Shown: positions 40,964 to 53,857 of the stretch, one piece after another
How the letters are laid out: every line of letters starts with the position of its first letter
Numbering within the stretch: the first letter of the stretch is position 1
Source: Pseudomonadota bacterium
GTDB taxonomy: Bacteria > Pseudomonadota > Gammaproteobacteria > Burkholderiales > SG8-39
Direction: 5' to 3'
Length of the DNA: 64,000 nt
Assembly: GCA_025352885.1 (NCBI GenBank)
Contig: JANXRZ010000235.1
Coordinates: 1,856 to 65,855 of the forward strand
Program-made: the position numbers and the translations under genes
The notes under the pieces: model-generated
Seen by the model: only the letters and a program-made list of their open reading frames with translations
Told to the model about the DNA's origin: nothing
Databases searched by the model: none

Positions 40964-42034
40964 TTAGCCCAATGGCAGCAAGATTGTGAACACAGTGCGG
41001 CCGGGACGGCTTTCGCATTCGATCATTCCGCGGTGGTACTGGATGAACGTCTGCGCAAGCGACAACCCAAGACCGCTTCCACCTTCCCTTCCTGACACGA
41101 GGGGATTGAACATCTTGTCCCGAATGTCTTGTGCGACACCCGGTCCGTCGTCGATTACTTGCAATTCTAGTGCCAGCTTATGACGCTGCCTGACGATGGT
41201 GACTTGCCGGGCGATCCTGGTCCGCAATTCGATTGTCCCTTTTGCGCGTGTCGCATTTCCCTTCGGCGCAAGGCCGGACAGTACGGCTTGCGCCGCGTTC
41301 CGGGCTATGTTCAGGGTTGCCTGGATCAGCTGCTCCTTGTCGCCGATGAGGTCGGGGACGCTTACGTCGTAATTTCGCCGAATAGCTACCCGGTCGACGA
41401 ACTCGGCAAGGATCAGGCTGCGGACGCGCTCGAGTATTTCGTGGATATTCAGCGGCGCAAGCCGTGGTGTACGGTGAGGGGTGAGCAGCCGGTCCATCAA
41501 TGCCTGCAACCGATCGGCTTCCTTGATGATGACCTGCGTGTATTCCTTGAGCTCCGGCTTGTCGAGCTCCCGTTCAAGCAATTGGGCCGAACCCCGCAAG
41601 CCGCCGAGTGGATTTTTTATTTCGTGGGCGAGGTTTCGGATGAGTTCCCGGTTGGCCGCCTGCTGGTCAATCATGCGCTCTTCGCGCGCAATGCGCAGTT
41701 GCTGTTCAATGGGGCGCAATTCGATCAGAAGCGGGGTTTCGGGAAGGACGATATGCGCCACCATTGCAACCAGCGCTACTGGATCGTGATTTGGACGGAG
41801 GTAATTGATGTTGCGGGCTGAGTAATCCCAGTGATTCGCGAGGGCATCTTCAAGCGTCTGCCGTAATTCGTCCTGCTCGGCGAACAAGGGCACGAAAGGC
41901 TGGTTCAGCAGGCTCTTGAGGCCGGCATCCAGCACGTTTTCCGCCGCCTGGTTGGCGTAGCGGACAACAAATTCTTCGTCGAGAACCGCTACGGCAGTCG
42001 GCAGCAGTTCGAGCCCGGTAAACGCGGCGCTCAT
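40964..42034 (-). CDS. ntrB: Nitrogen regulation histidine kinase NR(II)
   Basis: PAS-like N-terminus, LAHEIKNPLGGLRGSAQLL, EYTQVIIKEADRL, GSGLGL. Confidence 0.95.
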   Translation of the reverse strand: MSAAFTGLELLPTAVAVLDEEFVVRYANQAAENVLDAGLKSLLNQPFVPLFAEQDELRQTLEDALANHWDYSARNINYLRPNHDPVALVAMVAHIVLPETPLLIELRPIEQQLRIAREERMIDQQAANRELIRNLAHEIKNPLGGLRGSAQLLERELDKPELKEYTQVIIKEADRLQALMDRLLTPHRTPRLAPLNIHEILERVRSLILAEFVDRVAIRRNYDVSVPDLIGDKEQLIQATLNIARNAAQAVLSGLAPKGNATRAKGTIELRTRIARQVTIVRQRHKLALELQVIDDGPGVAQDIRDKMFNPLVSGREGGSGLGLSLAQTFIQYHRGMIECESRPGRTVFTILLPLG

Positions 42035-42069
42035 TCGGACTCCAGAAGGGGCCTAAAGATCGGCAAGCC

Positions 42070-42570
42070 CTACCTGAGCTTGGCAAGTTCCTTGCGAAGC
42101 TCATCGGCGTTCTTGTTATGCAAGTCGACGTTGTCTTTATATTTCTGCAACCGGTCGAGCACTTTGGCGTAATTCTTTTCCCCGCCGGTCCGGACGGACT
42201 CCTGCTCTGCAAGCTCAGCTTTTGCCTTGGCGAGCAGCGCCTCTTCGCTTGCAAGCTCGGACTCGAGGGCGGTTCTCTGTCTTTCCCGCGCGCTTGCTCT
42301 GTCGTTGGTGCTTTCCTTGGGGAATGTCCCGGGCGATTTCGAGGCGCCCTTGGAGGCGGGAAGCCCGGGCACAACGGTGACGCGCTGGCTTTGGATTACC
42401 TTGCAGTCCTTGCCGCTAGTCTCGTCCTTGACGTTGGTCACATGGGTCTTTCCGGATGCATCTGTGCAACGCCAGATCGTCTGCATTTCACCGCCCTGGC
42501 TCATGGCGAGCGCGGACACGGCGGATAAGCCGGCCAGCAAAAGGGATCGGGTAAAAAGGTCAAGGGTCAC
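42070..42570 (-). CDS. DUF4124-like exported coiled-coil protein
   Basis: Signal peptide, IWRCTDASGK.H.TN motif, coiled-coil tail; usual position between glnA and ntrB. Confidence 0.8.
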   Translation of the reverse strand: MTLDLFTRSLLLAGLSAVSALAMSQGGEMQTIWRCTDASGKTHVTNVKDETSGKDCKVIQSQRVTVVPGLPASKGASKSPGTFPKESTNDRASARERQRTALESELASEEALLAKAKAELAEQESVRTGGEKNYAKVLDRLQKYKDNVDLHNKNADELRKELAKLR

Positions 42571-42598
42571 CGAGAACGAACCTTAACTAGGGTTAGCA

Positions 42599-42637
42599 AG
42601 TGTATGTTGTTCATTGGAAATTAACAATCAATGCACC
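42599..42637 (-). promoter_or_regulatory. Putative sigma70 promoter for DUF4124-ntrBC with adjacent NtrC half-site
   Basis: Minus strand TTGTTA-17 bp-TACACT, with GGTGCA just upstream of the -35. Confidence 0.55.
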
Positions 42638-42671
42638 AAAAAAAGAAAAAGGACGGGGCAGCCCCCGTCCT
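42638..42671 (-). terminator. Intrinsic terminator after glnA
   Basis: Minus strand AGGACGGGG-GCTG-CCCCGTCCT followed by TTTTCTTTTTTT. Confidence 0.85.
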
Positions 42672-42712
42672 CTAGTAACGCCTGACCCCGTAGGAGGGCT
42701 AGGACTTTTTGC

Positions 42713-44125
42713 TCAGGACGAGTAATACATGTCGAACTCGACCGGGTGGGTGGTCATGCGGAACCTGGTCACCTCGATCATCTTAAGTTCGATGTACGCG
42801 TCGATGAAATCGTCGGAGAAAACGCCGCCTTTTGTGAGGAACGCACGATCCTTGTCCAGGTTTTCGAGCGCCTGGTCGAGCGACGAGCAAACGTTCGGGA
42901 CCTTCTTGGCCTCTTCCGGTGGAAGGTCGTACAGGTTCTTGTCGATCGGATCGCCGGGGTGGATCTTGTTCTGGACGCCATCCAGGCCTGCCATGAGCAG
43001 CGCCGCGAAGGCCATGTATGAGTTCGCCGTTGGGTCCGGAAACCGCACTTCGACGCGGCGCGCCTTCGGGCTATTTACGAACGGGATTCGGCAGGACGCC
43101 GACCGGTTACGCGCGGAATAAGCCAGGTTGATTGGCGCTTCGAAACCAGGAACCAGGCGCTTGTAGCTGTTGGTTCCCGGGTTCGTGATGGCGTTCAGCG
43201 CCTTTGCATGCTTGATGACACCGCCGATGTAATACAAGGCGAACTCAGACAAGCCGGCATAACCGTTTCCGGCGAACAGGTTTTCGCCGCCCTTCCACAC
43301 GGACTGGTGCACATGCATACCCGAACCGTTGTCTCCCACGACAGGCTTTGGCATGAAGGTCGCGGTCTTGCCATAGGAGGCCGCCACGTTCCACACCGTG
43401 TACTTCAGTATCTGCATCCAGTCGGCACGCTGCACGAGCGGCGCAAACTTTGTCCCGATTTCGCACTGGCCGGGGGCTGCGACTTCGTGGTGATGAACTT
43501 CGACTTCGACGCCTTGCGCTTCGAGCGCAATGCACATTGCATTGCGGATGTCCTGAAGGGTGTCGGCCGGCGGGACAGGAAAGTAACCGCCCTTTACAGG
43601 AGCCCGATGGCCCATGTTGCCCGACTCATAATCTATACCGGATGACCACGGCGCTTCCTCGGAGCGGATCTTCACCGAGCATCCGGACATGTCGACGTTC
43701 CACGTTACGCCGTCGAAGACGAAAAATTCGGGCTCCGGACCGAAGTAAGCCGTATCGCCGAGCCCGGACGACTTGAGATAGGCCTCAGCTCTCTTGGCGA
43801 TCCCGCGTGGGCACCGGTCGTACGGCTTGCCGTCCGAGGGCTCCACCACGTCGCACGAAATGTTGAGGACCGGCTCGTCGGTGAACGGGTCCATGCGGGC
43901 ACTTTCGGGATCCGGCATGAGCAGCATGTCGGAGGCCTGGATGCCTTTCCAGCCTGCGATAGACGACCCATCGAACGCATGGCCCGAATCGAATTTGTCC
44001 ATGGTGAAATACTTGGCCGGTACGGACACGTGCTGCTCTTTTCCGAGCGTGTCGGTGAAGCGGAAGTCGACGAACTTGACCTCTTTCTCCTTGGCCAACT
44101 TCAAAACATTGGCTGCCGATGGCAT
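42713..44125 (-). CDS. glnA: Glutamine synthetase type I
   Basis: [41 protein letters not shown], adenylylation motif NLYDLP. Confidence 0.98.
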   Translation of the reverse strand: MPSAANVLKLAKEKEVKFVDFRFTDTLGKEQHVSVPAKYFTMDKFDSGHAFDGSSIAGWKGIQASDMLLMPDPESARMDPFTDEPVLNISCDVVEPSDGKPYDRCPRGIAKRAEAYLKSSGLGDTAYFGPEPEFFVFDGVTWNVDMSGCSVKIRSEEAPWSSGIDYESGNMGHRAPVKGGYFPVPPADTLQDIRNAMCIALEAQGVEVEVHHHEVAAPGQCEIGTKFAPLVQRADWMQILKYTVWNVAASYGKTATFMPKPVVGDNGSGMHVHQSVWKGGENLFAGNGYAGLSEFALYYIGGVIKHAKALNAITNPGTNSYKRLVPGFEAPINLAYSARNRSASCRIPFVNSPKARRVEVRFPDPTANSYMAFAALLMAGLDGVQNKIHPGDPIDKNLYDLPPEEAKKVPNVCSSLDQALENLDKDRAFLTKGGVFSDDFIDAYIELKMIEVTRFRMTTHPVEFDMYYSS

Positions 44126-44192
44126 CTAATTCTCCCTGAGGAAGCGAATAAAAAAGCGAAAACCGGCCGTGAGCCGGGACGAAACGGGAATG

Positions 44193-44210
44193 AGCAGTTT
44201 CCATGCCAAA
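44193..44210 (-). promoter_or_regulatory. Sigma54 -24/-12 promoter of glnA
   Basis: Minus strand TTTGGCATGGAAACTGCT = GG-N10-GC, about 70 bp upstream of the ATG. Confidence 0.8.
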
Positions 44211-44273
44211 CGAGGAGCCCGGTGCTGAAGCTTGCACCGCGATGCATGGGAATCTAATTTTACCTAAACAAAA

Positions 44274-44320
44274 CGCACTGTTTCAATGCATGCGTGCCGG
44301 AAATGCACTGTCCTTAAGCA
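44274..44320. promoter_or_regulatory. Tandem NtrC enhancer sites
   Basis: CGCACTGTTTCAATGCA (44274-44290) and TGCACTGTCCTTAAGCA (44304-44320), 30 bp apart, similar to TGCAC-N7-GTGCA. Confidence 0.7.
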
Positions 44321-44365
44321 TGCACCGCACCAAGTCGGGGGATATCACGGCCTATAATCGCAACC

Positions 44366-44812
44366 ATGGCAGACATCGAGTCAATCAAGCGCGCGGCACG
44401 GGAAAGGGCGACGGTGCTGAATCTCCCCTACGCTGGCGCGCTCCTTCCGACAGAAGCCCACGCTCTTATGAACGCCGGTGCAAAGCTGGTGGATGTCAGG
44501 ACCAAGGCGGAACTCGAGTGGGTCGGACGTGTGCCCGGCGCCCTGTCCGTTGAATGGAACACCTGGCCGGGCGGAAAGCCCAATCCCGACTTCGTCGCCC
44601 ACCTGGAATCACATGTGGCGAAGGAGGCTACCATCCTGTTTCTTTGCCGGTCCGGCGGACGCTCAAGCAGCGCTGCCACGGCAGCTTCGAAAGCGGGGTA
44701 TCGGGAAGCCTACAACGTGCTGGAAGGATTCGAAGGTGACAAGGATCCGCACGGCCATCGCAACACCTCGGGCGGCTGGCGCGTAGCAGGACTACCTTGG
44801 GTCCAGGGCTAG
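44366..44812 (+). CDS. Rhodanese-like domain protein
   Basis: [29 protein letters not shown]...GLPW; divergent from glnA. Confidence 0.9.
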   Translation: MADIESIKRAARERATVLNLPYAGALLPTEAHALMNAGAKLVDVRTKAELEWVGRVPGALSVEWNTWPGGKPNPDFVAHLESHVAKEATILFLCRSGGRSSSAATAASKAGYREAYNVLEGFEGDKDPHGHRNTSGGWRVAGLPWVQG

Positions 44813-45633
44813 CCTGCCGACCAGCTGACAAGTCCGGTGTAGGCGGTGAAAAGCACCGCGCCGCCGAACACCACCCGGTACCACGCGAACAGCGTGAAGT
44901 CGTGCGTCGCAATGTAGCGCAATAGCCAGCGAACGCAGATGAATGCAGAAATGAAAGCGGTGACGCCCCCAACTGCGAACATCCCTAGGTCATCTGCGCT
45001 AAGTAGCGCCCGGTTCTTGAACAAGTCGTAACCGCCGGCGGCGATCAGCGTCGGAACTGCGAGAAAAAACGAGAATTCAGTTGCTGCTTTCCGGGACAGT
45101 CCAAAGAGCATTCCTCCGACAATCGTCGCCCCCGAGCGCGAAGTACCCGGAACCAGTGCGAAAGCCTGGGCGAAACCGACCTTGAGCGCGTCCTTCCAGG
45201 TCATTTCATCCACTTCGCGCACCTTCACCTGCCGGGGACGACGCTCGACCCATAGGATGATAATGCCGCCGATGATGAACGCGAGCGCAACAGGCACCGG
45301 CTTGAAAAGGTGCGCCTTGATCAGCTTCCCGAAGGCAAGTCCCAAGATCGCAGCGGGCATGAACGCTACCACGAGATTTGTAATGAAACGCCTCGCGGCG
45401 GGGTTGCTGAAGGCGCCCTTCAGAACATTTGAAAACCGGACACGATATTCCCATACGATCGCGAGCATTGCGCCGGTCTGGATAACGACATCGAACACCT
45501 TGCCGCGCTCGTCATTGACGCCGAGCAAGTCGCCGGCGAGGATGAGGTGTCCCGTGCTCGATATGGGCAGGAACTCGGTAAACCCCTCGACCAGGCCCAG
45601 GATGAGCGCACAAAGCAGTTCGTAGCCGCTCAC
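44809..45633 (-). CDS. uppP: Undecaprenyl-diphosphate phosphatase (BacA)
   Basis: [39 protein letters not shown]. Confidence 0.96.
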   Translation of the reverse strand: MSGYELLCALILGLVEGFTEFLPISSTGHLILAGDLLGVNDERGKVFDVVIQTGAMLAIVWEYRVRFSNVLKGAFSNPAARRFITNLVVAFMPAAILGLAFGKLIKAHLFKPVPVALAFIIGGIIILWVERRPRQVKVREVDEMTWKDALKVGFAQAFALVPGTSRSGATIVGGMLFGLSRKAATEFSFFLAVPTLIAAGGYDLFKNRALLSADDLGMFAVGGVTAFISAFICVRWLLRYIATHDFTLFAWYRVVFGGAVLFTAYTGLVSWSAG

Positions 45634-46922
45634 AGATCGGCTGCCCGTTCAGTCAGTCGCTTGTTCGCGGCGGAAAGCCGCTCGATGAGGATGCGCATAA
45701 ATGACTTGTTGAACTGAACCTGGCACGCATCGCTTGCTGCGGAAAGCGATGCCGCCTTTATTTCAAGCACCAGCACGGGCGTCGTGGAATGGATGGTGGT
45801 GCTTCTAAGCGCTGTCTCAGTCGAAAAATAAAGCATTTCGCCGAAACAGTCCCCCGGGCCCAGGGTCGCGAGGTGGTGCGCTTCGCGCGAAACATCGCTA
45901 TGCCCGTCAACCAGGATAAAAAAACCGTCCCCCCTTTCGCCTTCCTGGATCAGAAACCGCTTGGCGGGAATATGGCGCCAAGCCGAAATTCGCAAGGTTT
46001 CCCAGATTTCCACATCCCGAAAATCCCGGAAGAACGACAAGTTCCGGAGCAAATGAAACTTGCGCGTCTCGGAGAAATCCTCCCGCGGCGCCTCGAGTTC
46101 CCTGAAAAGCGAGGCGAGGTCCTTGCCGAATTCGATCCAGTTCTGGTAGCGAAGACTCGTTTCCTTTTGCATGGCCTTCTCGACGATCGCATCAAGGGCG
46201 GCCGGCAGGTTTTGTCGTATCGAGGACAGCGCCGGAGGGGCATGATTGACGATCTGGTACATGAGGCTTGCCTGCGAAGAAGCGGTAAACGGAAGGCGCC
46301 CCGTGAGCAGCTGAAACATGACCACGCCAAGTGAATAAATGTCGGTCTGATGGGTCAGTTCGCGGTCGGTGAGTTGCTCGGGCGACATGTAGGCCGGCGA
46401 GCCGGCGTTTCCGATGTTTGTATGGGTGGCTTCTTCCAGTTGGGCAACGCCGAAATCGGCCAGCTTCACGTCGAAGTCTTCAGTGACAAGAATATTTGCA
46501 GGCTTGATGTCGCGATGGATGATGCCCATCCTGTGCGCGTACTCGAGTGCGCGGCTGCACTTGAAAACCACCTCGACCACCCTCTCGAGCGGAAGCAGGT
46601 TGTCCATGACTGCATACTGGGCGAGCGTGCCGCCGGCCACATAGTCCATGACGACATAGCTGTAGTCTTCTTCCACAGCCGCATCCAGCAGCGACACTAT
46701 ATGCGGATGCTCGAGCTTGCCGACGAGCGCCGCTTCCGTGAGAAAAGCGCTGCGGTGCTGCCCGCCGAAAGAGGCGCCGTCGGTAGCGTGGTTGAAGAGC
46801 TTGATCGCCACGTCCCGCTCGGCAAAAGTGTCGCGCGCGCGATACACCGAGCTCGTGGCGCCGCGTCCCAGTTCCCCCAGGATGGCGTACTTGCCGATTG
46901 AAGCCGGCACACTTGTCGACAT
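45630..46922 (-). CDS. Hanks-type Ser/Thr protein kinase with C-terminal cyclic-nucleotide-binding domain
   Basis: [30 protein letters not shown]; then IQEGE.GD.FFILVDG...[10 protein letters not shown]...RSTT. Confidence 0.92.
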   Translation of the reverse strand: MSTSVPASIGKYAILGELGRGATSSVYRARDTFAERDVAIKLFNHATDGASFGGQHRSAFLTEAALVGKLEHPHIVSLLDAAVEEDYSYVVMDYVAGGTLAQYAVMDNLLPLERVVEVVFKCSRALEYAHRMGIIHRDIKPANILVTEDFDVKLADFGVAQLEEATHTNIGNAGSPAYMSPEQLTDRELTHQTDIYSLGVVMFQLLTGRLPFTASSQASLMYQIVNHAPPALSSIRQNLPAALDAIVEKAMQKETSLRYQNWIEFGKDLASLFRELEAPREDFSETRKFHLLRNLSFFRDFRDVEIWETLRISAWRHIPAKRFLIQEGERGDGFFILVDGHSDVSREAHHLATLGPGDCFGEMLYFSTETALRSTTIHSTTPVLVLEIKAASLSAASDACQVQFNKSFMRILIERLSAANKRLTERAADL

Positions 46923-46945
46923 GCGTTCCCCCGGCCGCTGGCGGC

Positions 46946-49011
<2,066 letters not shown>

Positions 49012-49146
49012 CATGAACCGATTATAGCGCCAACCCTCATATCCCCCTTTCGGTGCGGGTCGCATTCAAGCTCGGTGCGTCGATATCCTGAATGGGCGCT
49101 TGAGTGCTTTGGTAGACTAAGCGCCCCTTGCACTGACCGACGCAAC

Positions 49147-49821
49147 ATGGCTTCCATGAATTTCGAGCAGGCTCGCTTCAACATGGTGGAGCAGCAAATC
49201 CGCACTTGGGACGTTCTCGACCAGGATGTTCTGGATATGCTCTATGCCGTGCCCCGTGAGGGCTTTGTGCCACCGGCGTATAAGGCGCTTGCCTTTTCGG
49301 ACATGGAAATTCCGTTGGGGGGTGAGGCCGGGTCGGCTGTGCGCATGATGACCCCGAAGATGGAAGCGCGAATCGTGCAGGAAGTCGCTTTAAATAAGTC
49401 GGACAAGGTCCTCGAGATCGGCACAGGCAGCGGATACCTGACGGCTCTCCTCGCATTCCGATCGGCGCACGTCGTTTCGGTTGAAATCAATGCCGCAATT
49501 GCCGCTTCCGGGCGCCGCAACCTCGAAGAGCACCATGTCGTGAACAGTACACTCGTGGTTGGCGACGCAGCCCGCGGTTGGCCCGCGGGGGCTCCGTACC
49601 AAGTAATTGTCCTCACCGGGTCAACGCCGCTGCTGCCATCCGGCTTGCTTGAACAGCTTGCGCAGGGTGGTCGGCTGTTCGCAGTGACGGGCGAAGCACC
49701 GGTGATGGTTGCGAAGCTTTTCACCTGCAAAAGGCCTGGAACCTATTCGGAAGTCGAGCTATTCGACACGGTATTGGCGCCGCTTATCAATGCGGAGCGT
49801 CCGTCGCGCTTCGAGTTCTGA
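49147..49821 (+). CDS. Protein-L-isoaspartate O-methyltransferase family protein
   Basis: ARFNMVEQQIRTWDV, VPRE.FVP, VLEIGTGSGY, GGRLF. Confidence 0.9.
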   Translation: MASMNFEQARFNMVEQQIRTWDVLDQDVLDMLYAVPREGFVPPAYKALAFSDMEIPLGGEAGSAVRMMTPKMEARIVQEVALNKSDKVLEIGTGSGYLTALLAFRSAHVVSVEINAAIAASGRRNLEEHHVVNSTLVVGDAARGWPAGAPYQVIVLTGSTPLLPSGLLEQLAQGGRLFAVTGEAPVMVAKLFTCKRPGTYSEVELFDTVLAPLINAERPSRFEF

Positions 49822-49823
49822 TC

Positions 49824-50141
49824 ATGAAGCACATGCTGCCGGCCGAGCTTCACGCAAAGATCGCTTCAGGCGAAAAAATGCAGTTGCTCGACGTTCGTGA
49901 GACTTGGGAATTCGAAACAGCGCGCATCGACGGCGCCAGGCTGATCCCGATGGGCGAAATAGCGGGCCGTTTCAACGAACTCGATACTGAATCAGACCTG
50001 GTCGTTATTTGCCATCACGGGGGACGCAGCATGCAGGTCGCCGCCTTCCTGGAGCGCCAGGGATTTTCGAAGATCCACAATTTGTCCGGGGGCGTTGATG
50101 CCTGGGCCCGAACCGTCGACCCTTCGATGCCGGTTTACTGA
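49824..50141 (+). CDS. Single-domain rhodanese/sulfurtransferase
   Basis: LLDVRE.WE, CHHGGRS, NLSGGVDAW, DPSMPVY. Confidence 0.9.
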   Translation: MKHMLPAELHAKIASGEKMQLLDVRETWEFETARIDGARLIPMGEIAGRFNELDTESDLVVICHHGGRSMQVAAFLERQGFSKIHNLSGGVDAWARTVDPSMPVY

Positions 50142-50164
50142 ACAAATGGTGGGGGAGCCAGGTA

Positions 50165-51511
50165 ATGAATTCAAAGAGGTTGAAGGTCTTCGCGGTCATT
50201 TTGCCCGCCGCGCTAGCGCTTTCTCCAATTTCTGCAGGCGCAGAAGATCTCTTGCAGGTATTTCGGGATGCCAGGGGTTATGACGCGCAATATGGTGCCG
50301 CCCGATATGCCCTGCAGGCGGGCCTGGAAAAGCTTCCGCAAGGACGCTCTCTTATCCTCCCTACGGTCGGGGTCAGCTCCAGCCTTACAAGGACAAATCT
50401 CGACATCGACGGCCGGGGACCCAATCCGGCCACGCCAACGACCCGAACGTTCAACACCGGCACATACCAGCTAACGCTCTCCCAACCGCTCTTCCGACCG
50501 CAGAACTGGGTTCAGTACGACCAGGCCGAATTTCAAGTGAGGCAGGCGGAAGCCACGTTCGGGCAAGCGGCGCAGGATCTCGTGATCCGATCTGCGCAAG
50601 CCTATTTCGATGTGCTGTCTGCGGAGGACACGCTCGCGCTCGTGCGCGCCCAGAAGGCTGCAATTTCTGAGCAACTAGCGCAAGCCAAACGCAATTTCGA
50701 GGTGGGCACCTCCACGATAACTGACACCCATGAGGCGCAGGCCCGGTTCGACCTGAGCGCCGCGCAGGAGATCTCGGCCCAGAACGACCTCGAAGTTAAG
50801 CAGAGGACCCTCCAGCAGGTGACGGGCAAGGCGTACGACAAACTCAGGCCGTTGAGAAGCGACGTCAAACTGTCTCCGCCCGATCCCAATACGATGCAGA
50901 CTTGGGTAGACATTGCGGAAAAGCAAAGTTTTCCCGTGCTGATCCAGGAAGCGGCGAGCGAAATTGCCGGGCTGGAGATTAAGCGCACCCGTGCAGTGAA
51001 CTATCCGACTGTCGACTTGATCGCCAATATCGGCCAGACGAACCAGACAGGCTCGAACATTGCGGCTACCGGCAGCCTCATCACGCCGACGGCAATCGGC
51101 CTCCAGGTAGCGGTACCGCTCTACCAAGGAGGCTTCATCTCATCACGTGAACGCGAAGCGGCCGCTAATTTCGAGAGATCCAAGCTCGATCTTGAAAATG
51201 CCCGTCGCTCGAGCGCCCTGACTTCGCGACAATCCTATCTCGGGGTAATCAACGGGATTGCGCAGATTACCGCGCTCGAAGCTGCACTTGTATCGAGTCA
51301 AAGCGCGCTCGACTCCAACAAGCTCGGGTACGAAGTTGGAGTGCGCATCAACATCGACGTCCTGAACGCGCAGCAGCAGTTGTTCTCCACGCGCCGCGAC
51401 CTGGCCATAGCACGATACAACACGATTACGAATTACCTGAGGCTCAAAGCGGCGGCAGGTAGCCTCAAGGAAGCGGACCTCGCGGAGGTTAATAAGGCAC
51501 TGCAGTTCTAA
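50165..51511 (+). CDS. tolC: TolC-family outer membrane channel
   Basis: Signal peptide, L.LSQPLF, AYFDVL, FEVG, VPLYQGG, GYEVGVR..IDVLNAQ. Confidence 0.92.
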   Translation: MNSKRLKVFAVILPAALALSPISAGAEDLLQVFRDARGYDAQYGAARYALQAGLEKLPQGRSLILPTVGVSSSLTRTNLDIDGRGPNPATPTTRTFNTGTYQLTLSQPLFRPQNWVQYDQAEFQVRQAEATFGQAAQDLVIRSAQAYFDVLSAEDTLALVRAQKAAISEQLAQAKRNFEVGTSTITDTHEAQARFDLSAAQEISAQNDLEVKQRTLQQVTGKAYDKLRPLRSDVKLSPPDPNTMQTWVDIAEKQSFPVLIQEAASEIAGLEIKRTRAVNYPTVDLIANIGQTNQTGSNIAATGSLITPTAIGLQVAVPLYQGGFISSREREAAANFERSKLDLENARRSSALTSRQSYLGVINGIAQITALEAALVSSQSALDSNKLGYEVGVRINIDVLNAQQQLFSTRRDLAIARYNTITNYLRLKAAAGSLKEADLAEVNKALQF

Positions 51512-51547
51512 TGAGCGCTGCTCTCTAGCTAGCGCGTGCTTGCCGTT

Positions 51548-52804
51548 CTAGCCGGGCGTACCTAGCAGCTTCGCTATTTCGGCAATGTGGCGCTCTGTCG
51601 CACCACGATGGGACGCGCAAAACGCCATCCCGGCTTCTCCCATCGATTTACGGCGTCCCGGATCGTTGAGCAACGACAGCGCGACCTCAATCACTCGACC
51701 TGCGTCCGACACTTGCACAGCGGCACCGCTCGCCACGGCTAGTCGCGTGGCCTCGCTGAAGTTGTGCGTGTGCGGGCCCATGACGACTGGCACCCCAATA
51801 GCGCTTGCCTCAATGAAGTTCTGACCTCCATAGGGAAGCAGCGTGCCGCCGACGAAGGCAACGTCGGCGGCTGCGTAATAAGCCGGCATTTCGCCCATGG
51901 TGTCGCCCAGAAGAGCCATTGCACTCATCGGGCTTTCGCCACTGCTGCGACGGGCAAAGGACAACCGGCTTTCGGACAGCAGTGTGGCGACCTGGTCAAA
52001 ACGCTGAGGATGCCTCGGCACGAAAACAACCGCGACGTCTTCCGGGAGCCGATTTTCGATCGCACGCATCAACAATGCCTCTTCGCCTTCCCTTGTGCTT
52101 GCAAAGAGAAGCACCCTCTTATTGCCAAGCGATTGCCTGAGTACCTGGCCCGAGGCAAGCAGTCGTGGATCCGACTGGACGTCGAACTTGAGGTTTCCCG
52201 TGACCGTCACCCGGTGGGCGCCGAGCGCTGCGATGCGATCAGCATCGGCCTCGGTCTGCGCACACACGATGCGAAGGCTCTCGAACGCTGGCCGGGTCAG
52301 CGGGGACAGTCTGCGATAGCCGCGCGCGGACCTCTCTGACATGCGCGCATTCGCCAGTGCGATCGGTAGTGCCCTCGCGCTGCATTCGGCGAGCAAATTC
52401 GGCCAGATCTCGGTTTCCATCAGCAACCCTACACTCGGCTTGTAGTGGTCAAGGAAGCGCCTTACGGCAAAAGGGTAGTCGTAGGGTAAAAAGGCCGAAT
52501 TCACAGTCGATCCAAACGACTGGTCGATTGCATTGGCGCCGGCAGCTGTCATGCAAGTTACGAGCAATCGGTGCTGCGGATAACGGACCTGCAGTTGTTC
52601 GACGAGCGGAACGCTTGCGCGAACCTCTCCTACTGACACTGCATGCACCCAAATTACCGGCGAGCCAGCGGACGCACTGAATCGACCCAGGCGTTCACCC
52701 AGCCTTTGGCGATATCCGGGCTCGAGCCGGCTTCGCAACCAGAGCCTTACTGCAATAAACGGCAACAGGAGCCAGAGAAAAACCGTGTAGCCCGCCCTCA
52801 GCAT
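51548..52804 (-). CDS. waaA: Kdo transferase
   Basis: IWVHAVSVGE, LPYD, METEIWPN, NARMS.RS, GNLKFD, PRHPQRF, DTMGEM. Confidence 0.95.
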   Translation of the reverse strand: MLRAGYTVFLWLLLPFIAVRLWLRSRLEPGYRQRLGERLGRFSASAGSPVIWVHAVSVGEVRASVPLVEQLQVRYPQHRLLVTCMTAAGANAIDQSFGSTVNSAFLPYDYPFAVRRFLDHYKPSVGLLMETEIWPNLLAECSARALPIALANARMSERSARGYRRLSPLTRPAFESLRIVCAQTEADADRIAALGAHRVTVTGNLKFDVQSDPRLLASGQVLRQSLGNKRVLLFASTREGEEALLMRAIENRLPEDVAVVFVPRHPQRFDQVATLLSESRLSFARRSSGESPMSAMALLGDTMGEMPAYYAAADVAFVGGTLLPYGGQNFIEASAIGVPVVMGPHTHNFSEATRLAVASGAAVQVSDAGRVIEVALSLLNDPGRRKSMGEAGMAFCASHRGATERHIAEIAKLLGTPG

Positions 52805-53751
52805 GACAATAGCGCACTGCTAGCAGCCACCACGTCCGCTACGGCTGGAACCTGGCCAGTGCCACCGATATTTATGGCCTTCGGTGTCCCGTGAAGTCCG
52901 GTAAGTGAAGAATCGCTGCCTGTGTACAAACCGAGCGAAGGTACGTTTAATGCGGCGGCCAAGTGAACGAGACCGGTATCCACCCCGAACACCGTCCGCG
53001 CCTGCGACACGATGCTTGCCATTTCCATGAGCGACATCCGTCTTGGCACGATGCCCGTGCCCGCCAACGCAACTATCCGATCGCAGCGGACTTGCTCGCT
53101 TGGGCTGCCCCACGGGAAGACGCATTCGTACCCAAGGGCAGCGAGTTCTGAGGCGAGCGCGGCCCAGTGAGGTTCGGGCCAGAGCTTGTCGGCCCGGCTA
53201 GTCATGCTGAGAAGCACGCAGAAAGGCGCCTTCCAAGGCACCGGCTCGATGTGCTGGAGAGACAATCCATAATCGCACGGTTCGTTGGGCATAGTTCCCG
53301 TCGCCGCCGCCGTAAGCAAGCGGTTCCGCTCGACCGCATGCAGATTGCGCCCGACACGATGAACTTGGTCGTAGAACCGGCTCGCAAGCGGCTCACGAGC
53401 GCTCACGCCATCGTAACCATGCTTTTCGCCGCGCGCCCTTGAAGTTATCAGCGCGCTCTTCAGCAATCCCTGGGTGTCGACGATGATGTCGTACGAATCC
53501 GCTCGCAGGGCGCGGTGAAAGTCGAGCATCTCAGATGCGATGGGAACAGCTGGAAACTGCTTGCGCCAGCGCCGTAAAGCAACCGGTATTGTTCGGCGAA
53601 TGGCGGGATGAAGGCGCGGAATTTCTTCAAAGGCCTCTTCGACGACCCAGTCGATTTCGGCAAGGGGAAACCGGCGGCGAGTATCGGTGACGGCCGGGCA
53701 ATGGTGAATGACATCGCCAAGCGAAGACGTTTTGACGAACAGGATTCGCAT
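52798..53751 (-). CDS. waaC: LPS heptosyltransferase I (GT9)
   Basis: VKTSSLGDVIH, IDWVVEE.F, D.QGLLKSA, HAVERNR.L, GVDTGLVHLAAA. Confidence 0.92.
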   Translation of the reverse strand: MRILFVKTSSLGDVIHHCPAVTDTRRRFPLAEIDWVVEEAFEEIPRLHPAIRRTIPVALRRWRKQFPAVPIASEMLDFHRALRADSYDIIVDTQGLLKSALITSRARGEKHGYDGVSAREPLASRFYDQVHRVGRNLHAVERNRLLTAAATGTMPNEPCDYGLSLQHIEPVPWKAPFCVLLSMTSRADKLWPEPHWAALASELAALGYECVFPWGSPSEQVRCDRIVALAGTGIVPRRMSLMEMASIVSQARTVFGVDTGLVHLAAALNVPSLGLYTGSDSSLTGLHGTPKAINIGGTGQVPAVADVVAASSALLSC

Positions 53752-53857
53752 GGCTTACGGCAGTGAGTGAGTCGCGCCGACTTGCGCCGCTCGAATTCGA
53801 AATCGGCGCCTGCGTTAAAATGAGTGCAGGCCTGAACGATTATACGGGATTAGCCTC

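Noticed and set aside
42070-44812. DUF4124 gene inside glnA-ntrBC and rhodanese divergent from glnA
   Set aside because: Familiar betaproteobacterial synteny
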